From: an uncultured delta proteobacterium
GTDB taxonomy: Bacteria; Myxococcota; Myxococcia; SLRQ01
DNA length: 64,000 bases
Direction: 5' to 3'
Assembly: GCA_963727485.1 (NCBI GenBank)
Contig: CAVSGM010000011.1
Span: 128,001-192,000, forward strand
Shown here: one piece after another, positions 43,095-54,442 of the stretch
How positions within the stretch are numbered: position 1 is the stretch's first letter
Layout of the letters: the number at the start of each line of letters is the position of its first letter
Position numbers and translations under genes: made by a program
The notes under the pieces: generated by a model
Told to the model about the DNA's origin: nothing
What the model saw: only the letters and a program-made list of their open reading frames with translations
The model's database searches: none

Positions 43095-43279
43095 GGGCGG
43101 TAGGGTAGGGGCCAGGGGTGGGCGGGCGCCAGGGGGGCTGCTGCATGGAGGCCAGTGAATTGTTCTAGCGGCCACCGCCTCATCGTTGTCTGCGCGCCCG
43201 CGGCCAGCGCCACACCCGAAGCGGATCGGTGGGCGCATGGCTTCGCCGCTGCGGTGGTTCGATCGCGAGGAGGGTGCGC

Positions 43280-44538
43280 ATGACAACGGGCAAGCTGGCA
43301 GGACGGATCGCGGTGACGTTCTTCCTGGCGCTGACTTGTGCCGCCTGCGGGCCGTACCTCAAGAACGTGGAGGTGAGCCGCCTCGCGTTCCGCAGCAGCG
43401 AGCGCTGCACCCAGGGGCCGCTGTTGGTGCACTTCAAGGCCTCCGGCGCCAGGTGGGGTGAGCAGTTCTCGGTGGCCATCGTCGGGCCGCGGGCGGTGCA
43501 GGGCCAGGCCACCCTGGCGGTGGACGGAAAGCGCAAGACGCAGAGCCGATTCCGCAGCTACCACACCTGGAAGCAGACCCACCCCAGCCGCGTCCGCTCC
43601 CAGCAGGACCTCGAGGCCAACAACACCCGCTGCCTGCAGCGCCCCGAGCCGGTAGTCGCCGGCCAGGACGCTCCCTCAACCGGCGGAGCTGCCGCACCAC
43701 CGACCGTGGCGCATCGGGAAACCGTCGTGGCGCCGCCGCCACCTGCGCCCGCCGCACGACCCAGGCCCGAGGCCCCTGTCGGTCCGGCCCACCTGGTGCT
43801 GCTGCCGGGTCGGTCCGACGACCGGGGTGTCGGCCACCACCGCGCGGACGTGATCTCATACACCTGGACCAGCAACGATCCCGACGCGACGCACGGCCCG
43901 TTCCGCAAGGGCGAGGACATCACGGTGCGCATCTGGTCCTCCGAGCCCAACGACCTGAAGGGGGCCTCCATCGTGGCGATCCACCAGATCTTCCAGCCCA
44001 GCGACGAGAAGAAGTGGATTGCGAAACTGCGTCAGGACGAGCGCCACCAGCAGCAGGCGTGGAAGGAGGCCGAGGCCAAGGCTCGGGAGCGCGACAACTA
44101 CTGCTTCGCCCACCACGACAGCGAGGACTGCTGGGGCAAGGGGGGCTATGCCGGGAGGGTCAAGCATCAGCGGGAAGCCCAGGAGCGGGCGTGGAAGCGG
44201 GCGCGCGAGGCCGCGAAGCACCCGAAGTCCAAGAAGGTCGTGCGGGTTGCCAGGCGCCCCGTGGCCGGACCGCCGCCCGCGGCCAAGGCCGAGACCCCGC
44301 CGCCGCGTCCCACCCCGCACGCCGAGTGGATCAACGGCTATTGGCACTGGAGCGGCACGGCGTGGGTGTGGTTCGGCGGCTGGTGGCGTGTGCCCAGGCG
44401 CGATCGCAGGCCGCCTGCGGTCGTGACGGCCACCGCTGGCTGTGGGTGTCCGGCCACTGGGGCCTGCGGGGCGGCGTGCATGTGGATGTGCACGTGGAGC
44501 TGCCGGTGCCGGTGCCTCGGAGGGCCCAGGGGCGGTAG
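43280..44538 (+). CDS. Putative lipoprotein with WXXGXW repeats (frameshift near 44420)
   Basis: Lipobox-like AAC; WINGYWHW, WFGGWW, WVSGHW. Confidence 0.7.
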
Positions 44539-44749
44539 GCGCGTGGACGATGGTGAGCCAGTAGGCGTCCGAGCCAGCGGTGCGCGGTGGGCCGGTCGTC
44601 GCGTGCAGGCTGGACCGCGGCAAGCGGTCGCAGGCCAGCATCTTACGGTAGGATGAGTCCCCGCGGACCCGCGGGGCCGGTCCCGCAAGGGCCGACCGGT
44701 CAACCGGCCGCACCGAAGACCTGTACGTTCCGGAACCATGGAGATCTGT

Positions 44750-47221
44750 ATGCGCTGGCTCGCGACGGGGTTGCTCTTCGCTTCGATCCTCTTCGTCGCG
44801 CCGGGCTGCGGACAGCAGGCGGGGGGCGGCGCGGACGGCGGGCCCCTCGCCGATGGCGGGTGGCTCCCGGACGGCGGGCGGCTCCCGGACGGCGGGCGGC
44901 TCCCGGACGGCGGCGGCTCCCGGACGGAGGCGTCCCGGGGGCCTGCACCAGCCAGTCGGACTGCGACGGCGGCGTGTGCGTCGGCGGGACCTGCTGCGCC
45001 GCGGCCGACGTCTGCGGGAACGCCTGCTGCGGCGGCGGCGAGGTCTGCCTGTTCAACGCCTGCGTGACCCCCGGCCAGTCCTGCCACACGGGCGAATGAC
45101 TGCGATCCCGGCCAGTACTGCGAGACCGGGCTCGGCGGCGCGGCCGACGGCGGCATGGGCCCCGACGGCGGCACCGGCTCCGACGGCGGCGCCACCTGCA
45201 CCCAGTCGCTGCCGCTCCAGGGCCGCTGCCTCGACCTCCCGACCGTCTGCGGCGCCGACGGCGGCGCGGGGGCGTCCGACGGGGGCTGCGTCGCGAGCTG
45301 CGAGTACCACCCGAAGGCGGGACAGCTGACCGCCGTGGCGAGGTGGAGCTGGGGCCCCACCGCCCAGAAGTATCCGAACGACACCGACGTCTGGTCCACC
45401 CCCGTGGTCGGCCGCGTCTACGACGCCAACTGCGACGGCAAGGTCGACGAGCTCGACGCCCCCGACGTCATCTTCGTCTCGGGCGACTCGATCAACCCCT
45501 CCACCGGGCTCGGCACCTACTGCTCCAACTCCGCGGTCGCCGGTGCGTGCAAGAAGGGGGTGCTCCGCATGCTCGACGGCCGGACCGGACAGGAGATCTG
45601 GTCGCTCGCCAAGGCGAGCCCGACCTCCGAGGGCTTCGCCGGCGTCTCGGTGGCCATCGGCGACATCGACGGCGACGGACGGATGGACATCGTCGCGGTG
45701 ACCGGGGAAGGGTACGTGGTGCTGATCGACGCCAACGGCAAGGTGCTCCGCACCAGCGACAAGCCCATCCCGGCGGCCTCGTCGGGCAACTTCGGCTGGG
45801 GAGGCGGCCTGGCGGTCGCGGACATGGACGGCGACGGCCACCCCGAGATTGCCTACGGGGCGACCGTCTTCACCACCACCGGCGGCAAGATCACCCTGAA
45901 GTTCTCCGGCACCGCGGGACAGGGCGGGGGAAACGAGGGCGAGGACCTGTCGACCTTCGTCGACCTCGACGGCGCGCCCGACGGGCACCTCGAGCTCCTC
46001 GCGGGGAACACGGCCTACAGGGCGGACGGCTCGATCCTCTGGAATCGCACCGACCTCACCGACGGGTTCCCCGGCGTCGGCGACTTCGACCAGAACGGCA
46101 CCCCCGAGGCGGTGCTGGTGACCAAGGGCACCCTCACCCTCCTCGACGGCAAGACGGGGGCGACGGTGCTCGGCCCGGTCAAGCTCCCCGGCAACGGCTT
46201 CGGCGGTCCGCCGACGGTGGCCGACTTCGACGGCGACGGCAAGCCGGAGATTGGCGTGGCCCAGCAGAACTACTACTCGGTGCTCAAGCCGAAGTTCGGG
46301 AGCAACACCATCGACGTCCTCTGGAAGACCCAGAACCACGACCTGAGCTCCGCGGTGACCGGCTCGAGCGTCTTCGACTTCGAGGGCGACGGGAAGGCCG
46401 AGGTGATCTACGCCGACGAGTGCTTCCTCTGGGTCCTCGACGGGCAGACGGGGGCGGTGCGCTTCGCCGCGTCCCACACCTCGTTCACCGCGACCGAGAC
46501 GTCACTCCTCGCGGACATCGACGGCGACGGCCGCGCCGAGATGCTCATGGTCTCGAACAGCGCCGACCCGAGCTCGCACGGCTGGCACTGCCTGGACTCG
46601 AGCGGCAACCCGATCACCATGAACGGTGTCACCTGGAAGCCCGGCCCGGCGGCGGGCGAGTCCTACCGCGGGATCACGGTCTTCGGAGACCGGGCGAACT
46701 CCTGGGTGGGCACGCGCACCCTCTGGAACGAGCACACCTACCACGTCTCCAACATCTGCGACGACCGGGACTCCGCCTGCGACGCGCCGAACGTCTACGG
46801 CAGCATCCCCAAGGTGGAGAAGAAGAACTGGCTCGTGCCCTGGCTGAACGACTTCCGTCAGAACGTGCAGGACAAGGGGCTCTTCGACGCACCCGACGCC
46901 ACGGTGTCGCTCTCGGTGTCGTGCGGCAACCCGATCGGCGCGTCGGTCTCGGTGCGCAACGCCGGCCTCGCCTCGCTGCCGGCCGGTGTCCAGGTGCAGG
47001 TGCTGGTGCAGGCGACGGGGACGGTGGTGGGGCAGGGGACGACGGCGCACGCGCTCTCGCCCGGCCAGACCGAGAAGCTCTTCGTGTCGCTCGATCCGTC
47101 GGCCACCCTGAGCGACACGTTCATCGCCAAGATTGTCGTCGATCCGACGAACCCGACCTTCCACGAGTGCCGCACCGACAACGACGAGAGCGCCCCCACG
47201 GGGGCGTTCTGCCCGCATTGA
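44750..47221 (+). CDS. Cys-rich FG-GAP/VCBS-repeat lipoprotein with C-terminal CARDB-like domain (frameshifts about 44915-45100)
   Basis: Lipobox APGC; DGG repeats; Cys-rich modules; repeated DxDGDG.(P/A)E motifs; VRNAG...ECRTDN. Confidence 0.85.
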
Positions 47222-47238
47222 CCGCCCGTCAGCGGGGG

Positions 47239-48323
47239 TCAGTAGATCCAGGGGACGATGCGGCGCGGGACCCGCTGGCGGTAGGTGTCCCACAGGGCGC
47301 CGTACTTGGCGGCGCAGCGGCGGTCGTCGTCCCGCTCGCGGGAGACGAGGAGGGCGACGTAGTAGAGCGGGTAGAGCCACGGCCACAGGCGGTCGGGCCA
47401 GCCGAGGGCGAGGGCGAGGCCGAGCCCCATCAGGATCTCGCCGAGGTAGTTCACGTGCCTGGAGACGGCCCAGAAGCCGCTGCACAACAGCGCCCGCTCG
47501 CCGTCGCTGACCGTCCGCGGGGGGATGAGGCCGAGGAAGGCGCGCTCGGGGGCGATCTTGAAGGTGAACTTCTGCAGGTTGGCGCCCCGCGACAGGCTCC
47601 AGCCGGCGAAGAAGACGACGGCGTAGACTGCCAGCAGCACGGTCGGGGTGTGCGGGTTCGGGAGCTCGGCCGTGCCCCAGAGGCCGACCGCGTAGAAGTA
47701 CGGGTAGAAGACGAGGCAGCCCCAGCCGAGCTTGAAGCCGACCCGCTCGGCGAAGAGATCGTAGGTGTAGAGGTGGACCCGCTCGAAGGTGAGGTAGTCG
47801 ACGACGAACCAGGAGAAGAGGCCGAGGTAGAGGGTGACGCCGGGCGAGGGATTGGCCGGGTAGAGGAGCCGGTGGTGGGCGGCGAAGGCGAGCAGGTTGA
47901 GCTCGAGCATCACCGCGCCGAAGAGGTAGAGGAACATCTTGGCGTCGACGCGGCCGCCGAAGCCCTGGGGGTTCTCGAGCCGGCCGAGGAAGAGGTCGGC
48001 GAGGAGCCCGCGGCCGGTCGGCGGGGCGCGGAGCACGATGACGGCGGTGAACAGCCGAGCCCGAGGGTGCAGGCGCCGGCGAGCCCCTCCCAGCGGACGG
48101 TCCACAGGGCGTCCCAGGGGAGCGCCCCCGAGGCGCCGAGGCCCACCCAGGCGGCGACGGTGACGATGAGGACCAGGAGGCCGTTGAGCCGGTAGCGCAG
48201 CGGCTCGCCGGTGCCGGGATCGCGGACGTAGCCGGCCACGCGCCGGGCCGGCAGCGCGAGGTGGAGGGCCAGGACCAGCCCGCAGACGAGCCAGGGTGCG
48301 AAGAATCCCGCCAAGTGTGCCAT
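47239..48323 (-). CDS. ERG4/ERG24-family sterol reductase-like protein (frameshift near 48065)
   Basis: YRLNG, FLGRLENP, GFKLGWG, ANLQKFTFK, LLCSGFWAVSRHVNYLGE, RERDDDRRCAAKYG..W..Y. Confidence 0.9.
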
Positions 48324-48443
48324 GCGTCGCGCAGGGTAGCAGAGCGTGCCGGCCCTGCCACCGGCAACCGCACGGGCGACGCCGGGGCCGTTGCGCCTCG
48401 CGGCGGGAGGCGTAGCCTGGGCGCCGCGCAGGAGGAGGAGGCC

Positions 48444-49274
48444 GTGAGCGAGGACTTCAGAGCCAGATACGGGCCGTGGGCCCTGGTCGCCGGAGCGTCG
48501 GAGGGCCTCGGCGAGGCGTTCGCCGCCGGGATCGCCGCCCGGGGGGTGAACGTCGCCATGGTGGCGCGCCGGGCCGACACGCTGGAGCGCACCGCGGCGC
48601 GCGTGGCCGAGGCCCACGGGGTCGAGACCCGGGCGCTTTGCGCCGACCTCTCCGACCCACGGGCCCCGGCGCGGCTCCTCGACGCGGTGGCGGAGCTCGA
48701 CCTCGGGCTCTTCGTCTACAACGCGGCGCTGTCGGTGCCGGGGCCGTACCTCGACGTCGACGCCGGCGTCCACCTCGCCGCCATCCAGACCAACTGCGCC
48801 AGCCCGGCGGCGCTCGCCCACGGCCTCGGGCGCCGCCTGCGAGACCGGGGGCGCGGCGGGATCCTGCTGGTGTCGTCGCTCTCGGCCTTCTACGGGGCCG
48901 GCTACCTGGCGACCTACGCGGCGACCAAGGCCTTCGGGCTGACCCTCGCCGAGGGGCTCTGGGCCGAGCTCTCGGACGCGGGGGTGGACGTGCTCGCGAC
49001 CTGCGCCGGCTCGACCCTCACCCCGGGCTACGCGGCGCGGGCCCCGGCGCGGCTGCCGAGGCTGGCGCCGGCCCCGATGGACCCGGCCGCGGTGGCCGAG
49101 GACGCCCTGCACCAGCTCGGCCGCCGCGGGCCGCGCGTCATCCCCGGGCGAGCCAACCGCGTGGCCAGCTTCCTCCTGCGCGCCTTCGTGCCGCGGCGCC
49201 GCGCCATCCGCATCATGACCGAGGCCGGCCGGGCCGTAGCCGAGGCGGAAGGCCGCCGGGAGGGCGACGGCTGA
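48444..49274 (+). CDS. Short-chain dehydrogenase/reductase
   Basis: AGASEGLG, YNAA, YAATK. Confidence 0.93.
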   Translation: MSEDFRARYGPWALVAGASEGLGEAFAAGIAARGVNVAMVARRADTLERTAARVAEAHGVETRALCADLSDPRAPARLLDAVAELDLGLFVYNAALSVPGPYLDVDAGVHLAAIQTNCASPAALAHGLGRRLRDRGRGGILLVSSLSAFYGAGYLATYAATKAFGLTLAEGLWAELSDAGVDVLATCAGSTLTPGYAARAPARLPRLAPAPMDPAAVAEDALHQLGRRGPRVIPGRANRVASFLLRAFVPRRRAIRIMTEAGRAVAEAEGRREGDG

Positions 49275-49332
49275 TCGGGGCCAGGTCCGCCGCTCGACAG
49301 CGAGCCCGGCTTCCCCTTGGGTGGAGGCCTTC

Positions 49333-49400
49333 CAAGGGTGTAGGAAGCATGAACGCCCTTGTCGGACCTACCCCGGGGCGCCCCAAGGCCTATATCCTAT
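49333..49400 (+). repeat. ~68-bp imperfect direct repeat, copy A
   Basis: GGTGTAGGAAGCATGA...TCGGAC.TAC..GGGG...CCCCAAGGCCTATATCC; second copy at 53384. Confidence 0.85.
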
Positions 49401-49698
49401 CGTAGAATCGGGGTCTGCGACGGAGCGCCGGGTTCCAAATTCTGATTCAGGTCATTCAAGGTCGGCGTCTGTAACAATCTCAAAATGCTTCGACGACGTA
49501 CGCATTTGCATTACCGATCCGTCGTTTGAAGGTTTGCTGGTTGAGGTGTTTGACCGGGTTGGGGGTAGCGCCATAGGCAATGCAGGCATTACGTCGCACA
49601 TGCCTGGCTCTCTCGATGACCTCGCAACGCTAACGAGCAGTGCGCGAAACGCTCAAAGATGAGCCTGTTGTGAGCGTTGAGAAAAAAGGAATAGTGTT

Positions 49699-51279
49699 GT
49701 GAAACCGAATATTGAAATAGCAAGCAAAGCCCGTTTTGAGAAGCGCAATAGTAGAAACTGCGACCCCGTGATTCCAGGTGAGCGTGTTCCTGCACAACGA
49801 TTGCCTCGAAGCTGTTGTCACCTGTTTCTGATAGCAGTGTTGCTCGGATCTGTGTGCTGCGTGCTGCCGTCGACAGCCATGGCGAAGGAACCTATCGGCA
49901 GAACCGGCGAAGTGCAGAAGCTGACCGCCCCTACCAAAGGAGAACTCTCCTCTGCGCCCACAAAGGTAGACGTAAAACCCGTCGCGCACGATGAAGAGAT
50001 CCGAAAGCGACTCCAGCGCGTTCTGGAAGCTACCGACTGGTTTACTGACCCACAAGTCAAGGTCGAAGAAGGCGTTGTCTTTCTTAATGGCAAGGTGAAG
50101 TCCGATGAGTTGAAGAAATGGGCCGGCGATCTGGCACACAACACTCAGGACGTTGTCGCCGTGGTTAACCGACTGGAGGTGACCCAGCAGTCGGTATGGG
50201 ATTTCCACCATGCATGGAGCGGCATGCTGGCATTTTGGCGCGACTTCATCCGTGCGATTCCTTTCGTTATTTTAGGGCTGCTCATCCTGGCGCTGTCGGT
50301 GGGCAGTGCCCTGCTGACAGCTCGCGGCATCCAGGCGGTGCTGCGCTCGCGGGTTCGAAACAAACTCCTGAAAAATGTAATCGCGCGTACCGTGGGCGGG
50401 CTCGTTGTACTCTGTGGTGTCTACCTTATTCTGAGGGTCTCTGGCCTGACGCAACTGGCGTTGACGCTGGTCGGCGGCACCGGTCTGATCGGCCTGATCG
50501 TGGGTATCGCATTCCGGGATATCACCGAAAACTTCCTGTCCAGCATCTTCCTCGGTATACAGCCGCCGTTTGAGACCGGTGACCTGGTCGAGATAACCGG
50601 CGTGACCGGGTATGTGCAGCAATTGAACATGCGCACCACGATCTTGATGACCCTTGATGGAAATCTCGTGCAGATCCCCAACGCCAGTGTTTACAAGAGC
50701 AACCTCAGCAACTTCACCACCAACGCCAACCGGTGCGAGAATTTTGTCGTCGGCATTGGCTATGACGATACGATCAGTGAGGCCCAGGAGATTGCCCGGC
50801 AGGTTCTGGCAGATCACCCGGCCGTTCTGAACGACCCAGAGCCCGCGGTATTAGCTGACAGTCTGGGGAAATCTACAGTGAACCTGCGCGTCTATTTTTG
50901 GCTCAATGGCCGCGAGTACAGTTGGTTGAAGGTGCGCTCTTCGGTGATCCGGCAGGTAAAACGCGCTTTTCAGGAACATGACATTTGGATGCCCGACGAG
51001 GCCCGAGAGGTTGTCTTTCCACAAGGCATTCCTGTCACCATGCTAGAGCGAATCCCGACAGATGAGCATGCTGCAACGCCGGGGAAACAACCCCCCACCG
51101 AACCGCGGCACAAAGAAGTCGATCTGGCGTCGACGAAAGCGGAAGCCGGCTTATACAGCGAGGCCACCGTCATCAAGGAACAGGCGCGGCAGGCACAACC
51201 GCTGAAGGAAGGGGAAAATCTCTTGCCGGATGCTTCCGCAACCGTCGCACAGAGACAGACGAAGGACGCAAGTAGATAA
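49699..51279 (+). CDS. Mechanosensitive channel MscS with N-terminal BON domain (start uncertain)
   Basis: BON-like VKVEEGVVFLNG...VVNRL; GIAFRDITENFLS, PFETGD, IPNASV; clearly lower GC than the flanks. Confidence 0.9.
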   Translation: MKPNIEIASKARFEKRNSRNCDPVIPGERVPAQRLPRSCCHLFLIAVLLGSVCCVLPSTAMAKEPIGRTGEVQKLTAPTKGELSSAPTKVDVKPVAHDEEIRKRLQRVLEATDWFTDPQVKVEEGVVFLNGKVKSDELKKWAGDLAHNTQDVVAVVNRLEVTQQSVWDFHHAWSGMLAFWRDFIRAIPFVILGLLILALSVGSALLTARGIQAVLRSRVRNKLLKNVIARTVGGLVVLCGVYLILRVSGLTQLALTLVGGTGLIGLIVGIAFRDITENFLSSIFLGIQPPFETGDLVEITGVTGYVQQLNMRTTILMTLDGNLVQIPNASVYKSNLSNFTTNANRCENFVVGIGYDDTISEAQEIARQVLADHPAVLNDPEPAVLADSLGKSTVNLRVYFWLNGREYSWLKVRSSVIRQVKRAFQEHDIWMPDEAREVVFPQGIPVTMLERIPTDEHAATPGKQPPTEPRHKEVDLASTKAEAGLYSEATVIKEQARQAQPLKEGENLLPDASATVAQRQTKDASR

Positions 51280-51359
51280 TGGAACAGACATGAGTCTATT
51301 TCGTCAGCTATGATCTCCACGCAGCCGTCTGGATCTACGTCAATCACCACTACTTTATG

Positions 51360-52674
51360 GGCTCTCCTGACGCGTATGTGGGCGTAGGAGAGGCAGCAGC
51401 GTGTAGGCGCGGGTGGGCGAGAACGCCGAGAAGAGCTCCTCCGCCCGCCAGAATAGCATAGAAGCACGCACGGGACAGTGCTTTGCTGTGGGTTGAGAGA
51501 AGTAAGAGCAGGCAGGAGGATAAGTGCGCATCACGACTGTACTGGATGGGGGCTCATAGGAAGCATCTAGCTTCGCGTCACTAAGGTGGTGTTCGAGGAG
51601 GACGCGGTGGTGGTAGCAGTCGCCCCGCTTGGCGCCGCCGCGCTGTGGCGTCTGCGGCAAGCGGGCCCCCGGCTACGACGAGGACGGACGCCGAAGATGG
51701 ACGCACCTGCGCTGGGACAGAAACAGCGTGGTCCTCGAGGCGGCGGTCCGACGGGTAAGCTGCGCGACCTGCGGCGTGAGTACCGAGCTGGTGCGCTGGG
51801 ACGAGCACGGCAGCACCTTCACAGGGGACTCCGAGGAGATGGTCGCCTACCTGGCGGTGACTATGACAGGACGGCGGTGACGAGGCGACGGGCATCGCCT
51901 GGCGCACGTGGGCGCTATCGTGGAGCGGGTCGTGGCGAGGCACAGGGATCGGCGATGAAGGAGGAGCTGCAAGAGGGATGCGGCATAGACGAGATCGGCT
52001 ACGGAAGCGGCACAACTACGTCACGATAGTCGTGGACCACGACAGCAGCCGCATCGAAGAGGACACCATTGACAAGTCGGAGCCTTCACCAAGGCGACCA
52101 AGGCGCGGCTTCCGAACGCCACGACAGTCTTGGACTGCTTCCACGTGCAGCGCCTGATGACGAAAACATCGTCGATGCGGTGAGGTGCGACGAGGTGGGG
52201 GAGCTCAAAGGCACCGAGCAAGCCAAGGCAATCAAGGGCAGCAGTTACGCGCTCTTGAAGAGCGCTTGGAACCTGAACAAGGTGGGAGCATCAACAACTG
52301 GCGGAGGTGCAACGGAACAACAAGCAGATCTACCGCGCACACCTGCTCAAGAAGACTCTGGCCCAGGGGCCGACTAAGGAGCAGTGGCGGGTAGAACGCG
52401 CACTTGCGGACTGGTTGCAGTGGGCGTGTCGGTAGAGGCTCGAGCAGGTGACAAAGGCAGCGCGAACGATAAGCAAGCACCTGCAAGGCATCCTCGCGTA
52501 CGTGAAGCTGCGGCTCAACAACGGGGTCGTGGAAGGTATCAACAACCGGATCCGCATGATCACACGCAGGGCCTTTGGCTTTCGAAGCCACGGCGGCTCA
52601 TCGCTATGATCTTCCTGTGCTGCGGCAGCATCACTCTCGACCACCGCTCACGGCACACATAGATGTAAGGAATC
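51360..52674 (+). mobile_element. Degraded ISL3-family insertion sequence
   Basis: Fragmented transposase (RRVSCATCGV, DCFHVQRL, YALLK, NGVVEGINNRIRMITRRAFGFR); imperfect terminal inverted repeats GGCTCTCCTGACGCGTATGTG / CACATAGATGTAAGGAATC. Confidence 0.85.
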
Positions 52675-52920
52675 TAACTTCTGCAGGGCAGCGAGAGCAT
52701 CCGCTACGAGGGGAAACTGGTGGTACAGTTAGGTTAGTAAAGCATCTCGAACGGTTCACGGCTGATGGGTTCGATAAGCGCGGTAATCGGGAGCGTTCTG
52801 GGAAGGTTGAGGGCGTGAGCGCAGCAGAACGACGGCCTCGATGGAATCGAAGGTGGGCCATTCGCACTCCCCATGGGGGTGTCACTCGCCACACGAATCA
52901 CTCGATCCGCCTGGTTTGGT

Positions 52921-53376
52921 CTAGGCTCCGCGCAGCAGCCGGCTCAGCTCGCGGTCGAGGGCCGCCGCGAAGGTCTGCCGGTCCTTGGGACCGAAGGCCT
53001 TTGGCCCGCCGGTCACCACCCCGCCCTCGCGGAGCTCGTGCATGAAGTCGCGGATGGAGCGGCGCTCGTCCACGTTGTCCTCGGTGAAGGTCTCGCCGCG
53101 CGGCCCGAGGGTGACGACCCCCCTGTTCACGAGCGCCGAGGCGAGGGGGATGTCCTGGGTCACCGCCAGGTCGCCGGGCTCGGCGGCCTCGGCGATGTGG
53201 GCGTCGGCGACGTCGAGGCCGGCGCCGACGAGGACCGTCGAGAGGAGCTCGGAGCGGGGCAGGCTCAAGGGCCGGTTGGCCACGAACACCGCCGGGACGC
53301 GGAGCCGCGCGACGGCCCGGATGACGATGTCCCTCACGGGGCCGGGGCAGGCGTCGGCGTCGATCCAGATGCGCAT
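52921..53376 (-). CDS. YaiI/YqxD (UPF0178) family protein
   Basis: IWIDADACP, VTQDIPLA, PRGE motifs. Confidence 0.93.
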   Translation of the reverse strand: MRIWIDADACPGPVRDIVIRAVARLRVPAVFVANRPLSLPRSELLSTVLVGAGLDVADAHIAEAAEPGDLAVTQDIPLASALVNRGVVTLGPRGETFTEDNVDERRSIRDFMHELREGGVVTGGPKAFGPKDRQTFAAALDRELSRLLRGA

Positions 53377-53383
53377 GGGTCCT

Positions 53384-53451
53384 CAAGGTGTAGGAAGCAT
53401 GAGTGCGCTCATCGGACGTACTCGGGGGGCTCCCCAAGGCCTATATCCCAT
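53384..53451 (+). repeat. ~68-bp imperfect direct repeat, copy B
   Basis: Homologous to 49333-49400; offset 4050 bp. Confidence 0.85.
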
Positions 53452-53484
53452 GGGCGGAGGCGCCGGCGACCCTAGAATGCCCCC

Positions 53485-54375
53485 GTGGAAGGCGCCGAAC
53501 CGCTGGGTCAGATCACCCCCGCCGCCGGAGACGGCCGCCTCGCCTACGCGCTACTGGGCCTCGGCCCCGAGGTCGTCCTGGTTCATGGTCTCGGGGGAAG
53601 CCACCTCAACTGGATGTGCGTCGCTCCCTTGCTGGCCGAGCGCCGACGCGTCATCGTCCCCGACCTGCCAGGCTTCGGCCTGTCGCCCCGCCAGGGACGA
53701 GTGACGCTGGCACGGGCTCGCGAGGCGCTGCTTCGACTGATCGACGACGTCGCCACCGGACCGGTCACGCTGGTGGGGCACTCGTGGGGCGGCGCGGTGG
53801 CGCTCATGACGGCCGCGGCTCGTCCGGATGCGGTGAGCCGCCTCATGCTCGTCGACCCGACGCTCCCCTTCGCGTTTCACGGCAAGGTCTCCGGCGCAGC
53901 CCTGCGGGCGGCGGCGGTGATGCTCGTGCCCGTCCTGGGGCCGTGGCTGGTTCGGCGCCAGCTCGGCCGGGGAGACGGGAGGGGCCTGGTCGACACCCTG
54001 GTCCAGCTCACCGTGCACGATCCCACGCGCATCCCTGCGGACGTCATCGACGCCCACGTGACCTTCGAGCAGCGCCACTCGGATCGGACGTGGATGGCGC
54101 GCAGCCTGTGTGAAGCCACGCGTTCGCTCTTCGGGGTGATGAGCCTGCGCCGGCGCTGGTTTGCCCTCGAAGGGCGTGTCACCGCGCCGACACGGCTGCT
54201 CCACGGGGCCCACGACTCGGTGATCCCCCTCGCCACCGCGCAGGCGGCCGTCGCGCGGAACCCGTCATGGCAGCTCGACGTGCTCACGAACGTCGGGCAC
54301 GCAGGACCCCTCGAAGCCCCCGCCGCCGTGGCCGGGGCGATCCTGGACGAGGGAGAACCCCCAGCGCGTCTCTGA
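53485..54375 (+). CDS. Alpha/beta hydrolase
   Basis: HGLGGS, DLPGFG, GHSWG nucleophile, HGAHD, GH. Confidence 0.92.
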   Translation: MEGAEPLGQITPAAGDGRLAYALLGLGPEVVLVHGLGGSHLNWMCVAPLLAERRRVIVPDLPGFGLSPRQGRVTLARAREALLRLIDDVATGPVTLVGHSWGGAVALMTAAARPDAVSRLMLVDPTLPFAFHGKVSGAALRAAAVMLVPVLGPWLVRRQLGRGDGRGLVDTLVQLTVHDPTRIPADVIDAHVTFEQRHSDRTWMARSLCEATRSLFGVMSLRRRWFALEGRVTAPTRLLHGAHDSVIPLATAQAAVARNPSWQLDVLTNVGHAGPLEAPAAVAGAILDEGEPPARL

Positions 54376-54442
54376 CGCGCGCTCTAGCGGCGGCAGGGCC
54401 TGCAGGGCGATGGCCATCGCCCACGCTCCGGGTCGCTGCGTG

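Noticed and set aside
49333..49400. Known riboswitch or integron attC site
   Set aside because: No convincing match to c-di-GMP, SAM or ribozyme cores that I can recall; no RYYYAAC/GTTRRRY boxes and no integrase nearby.
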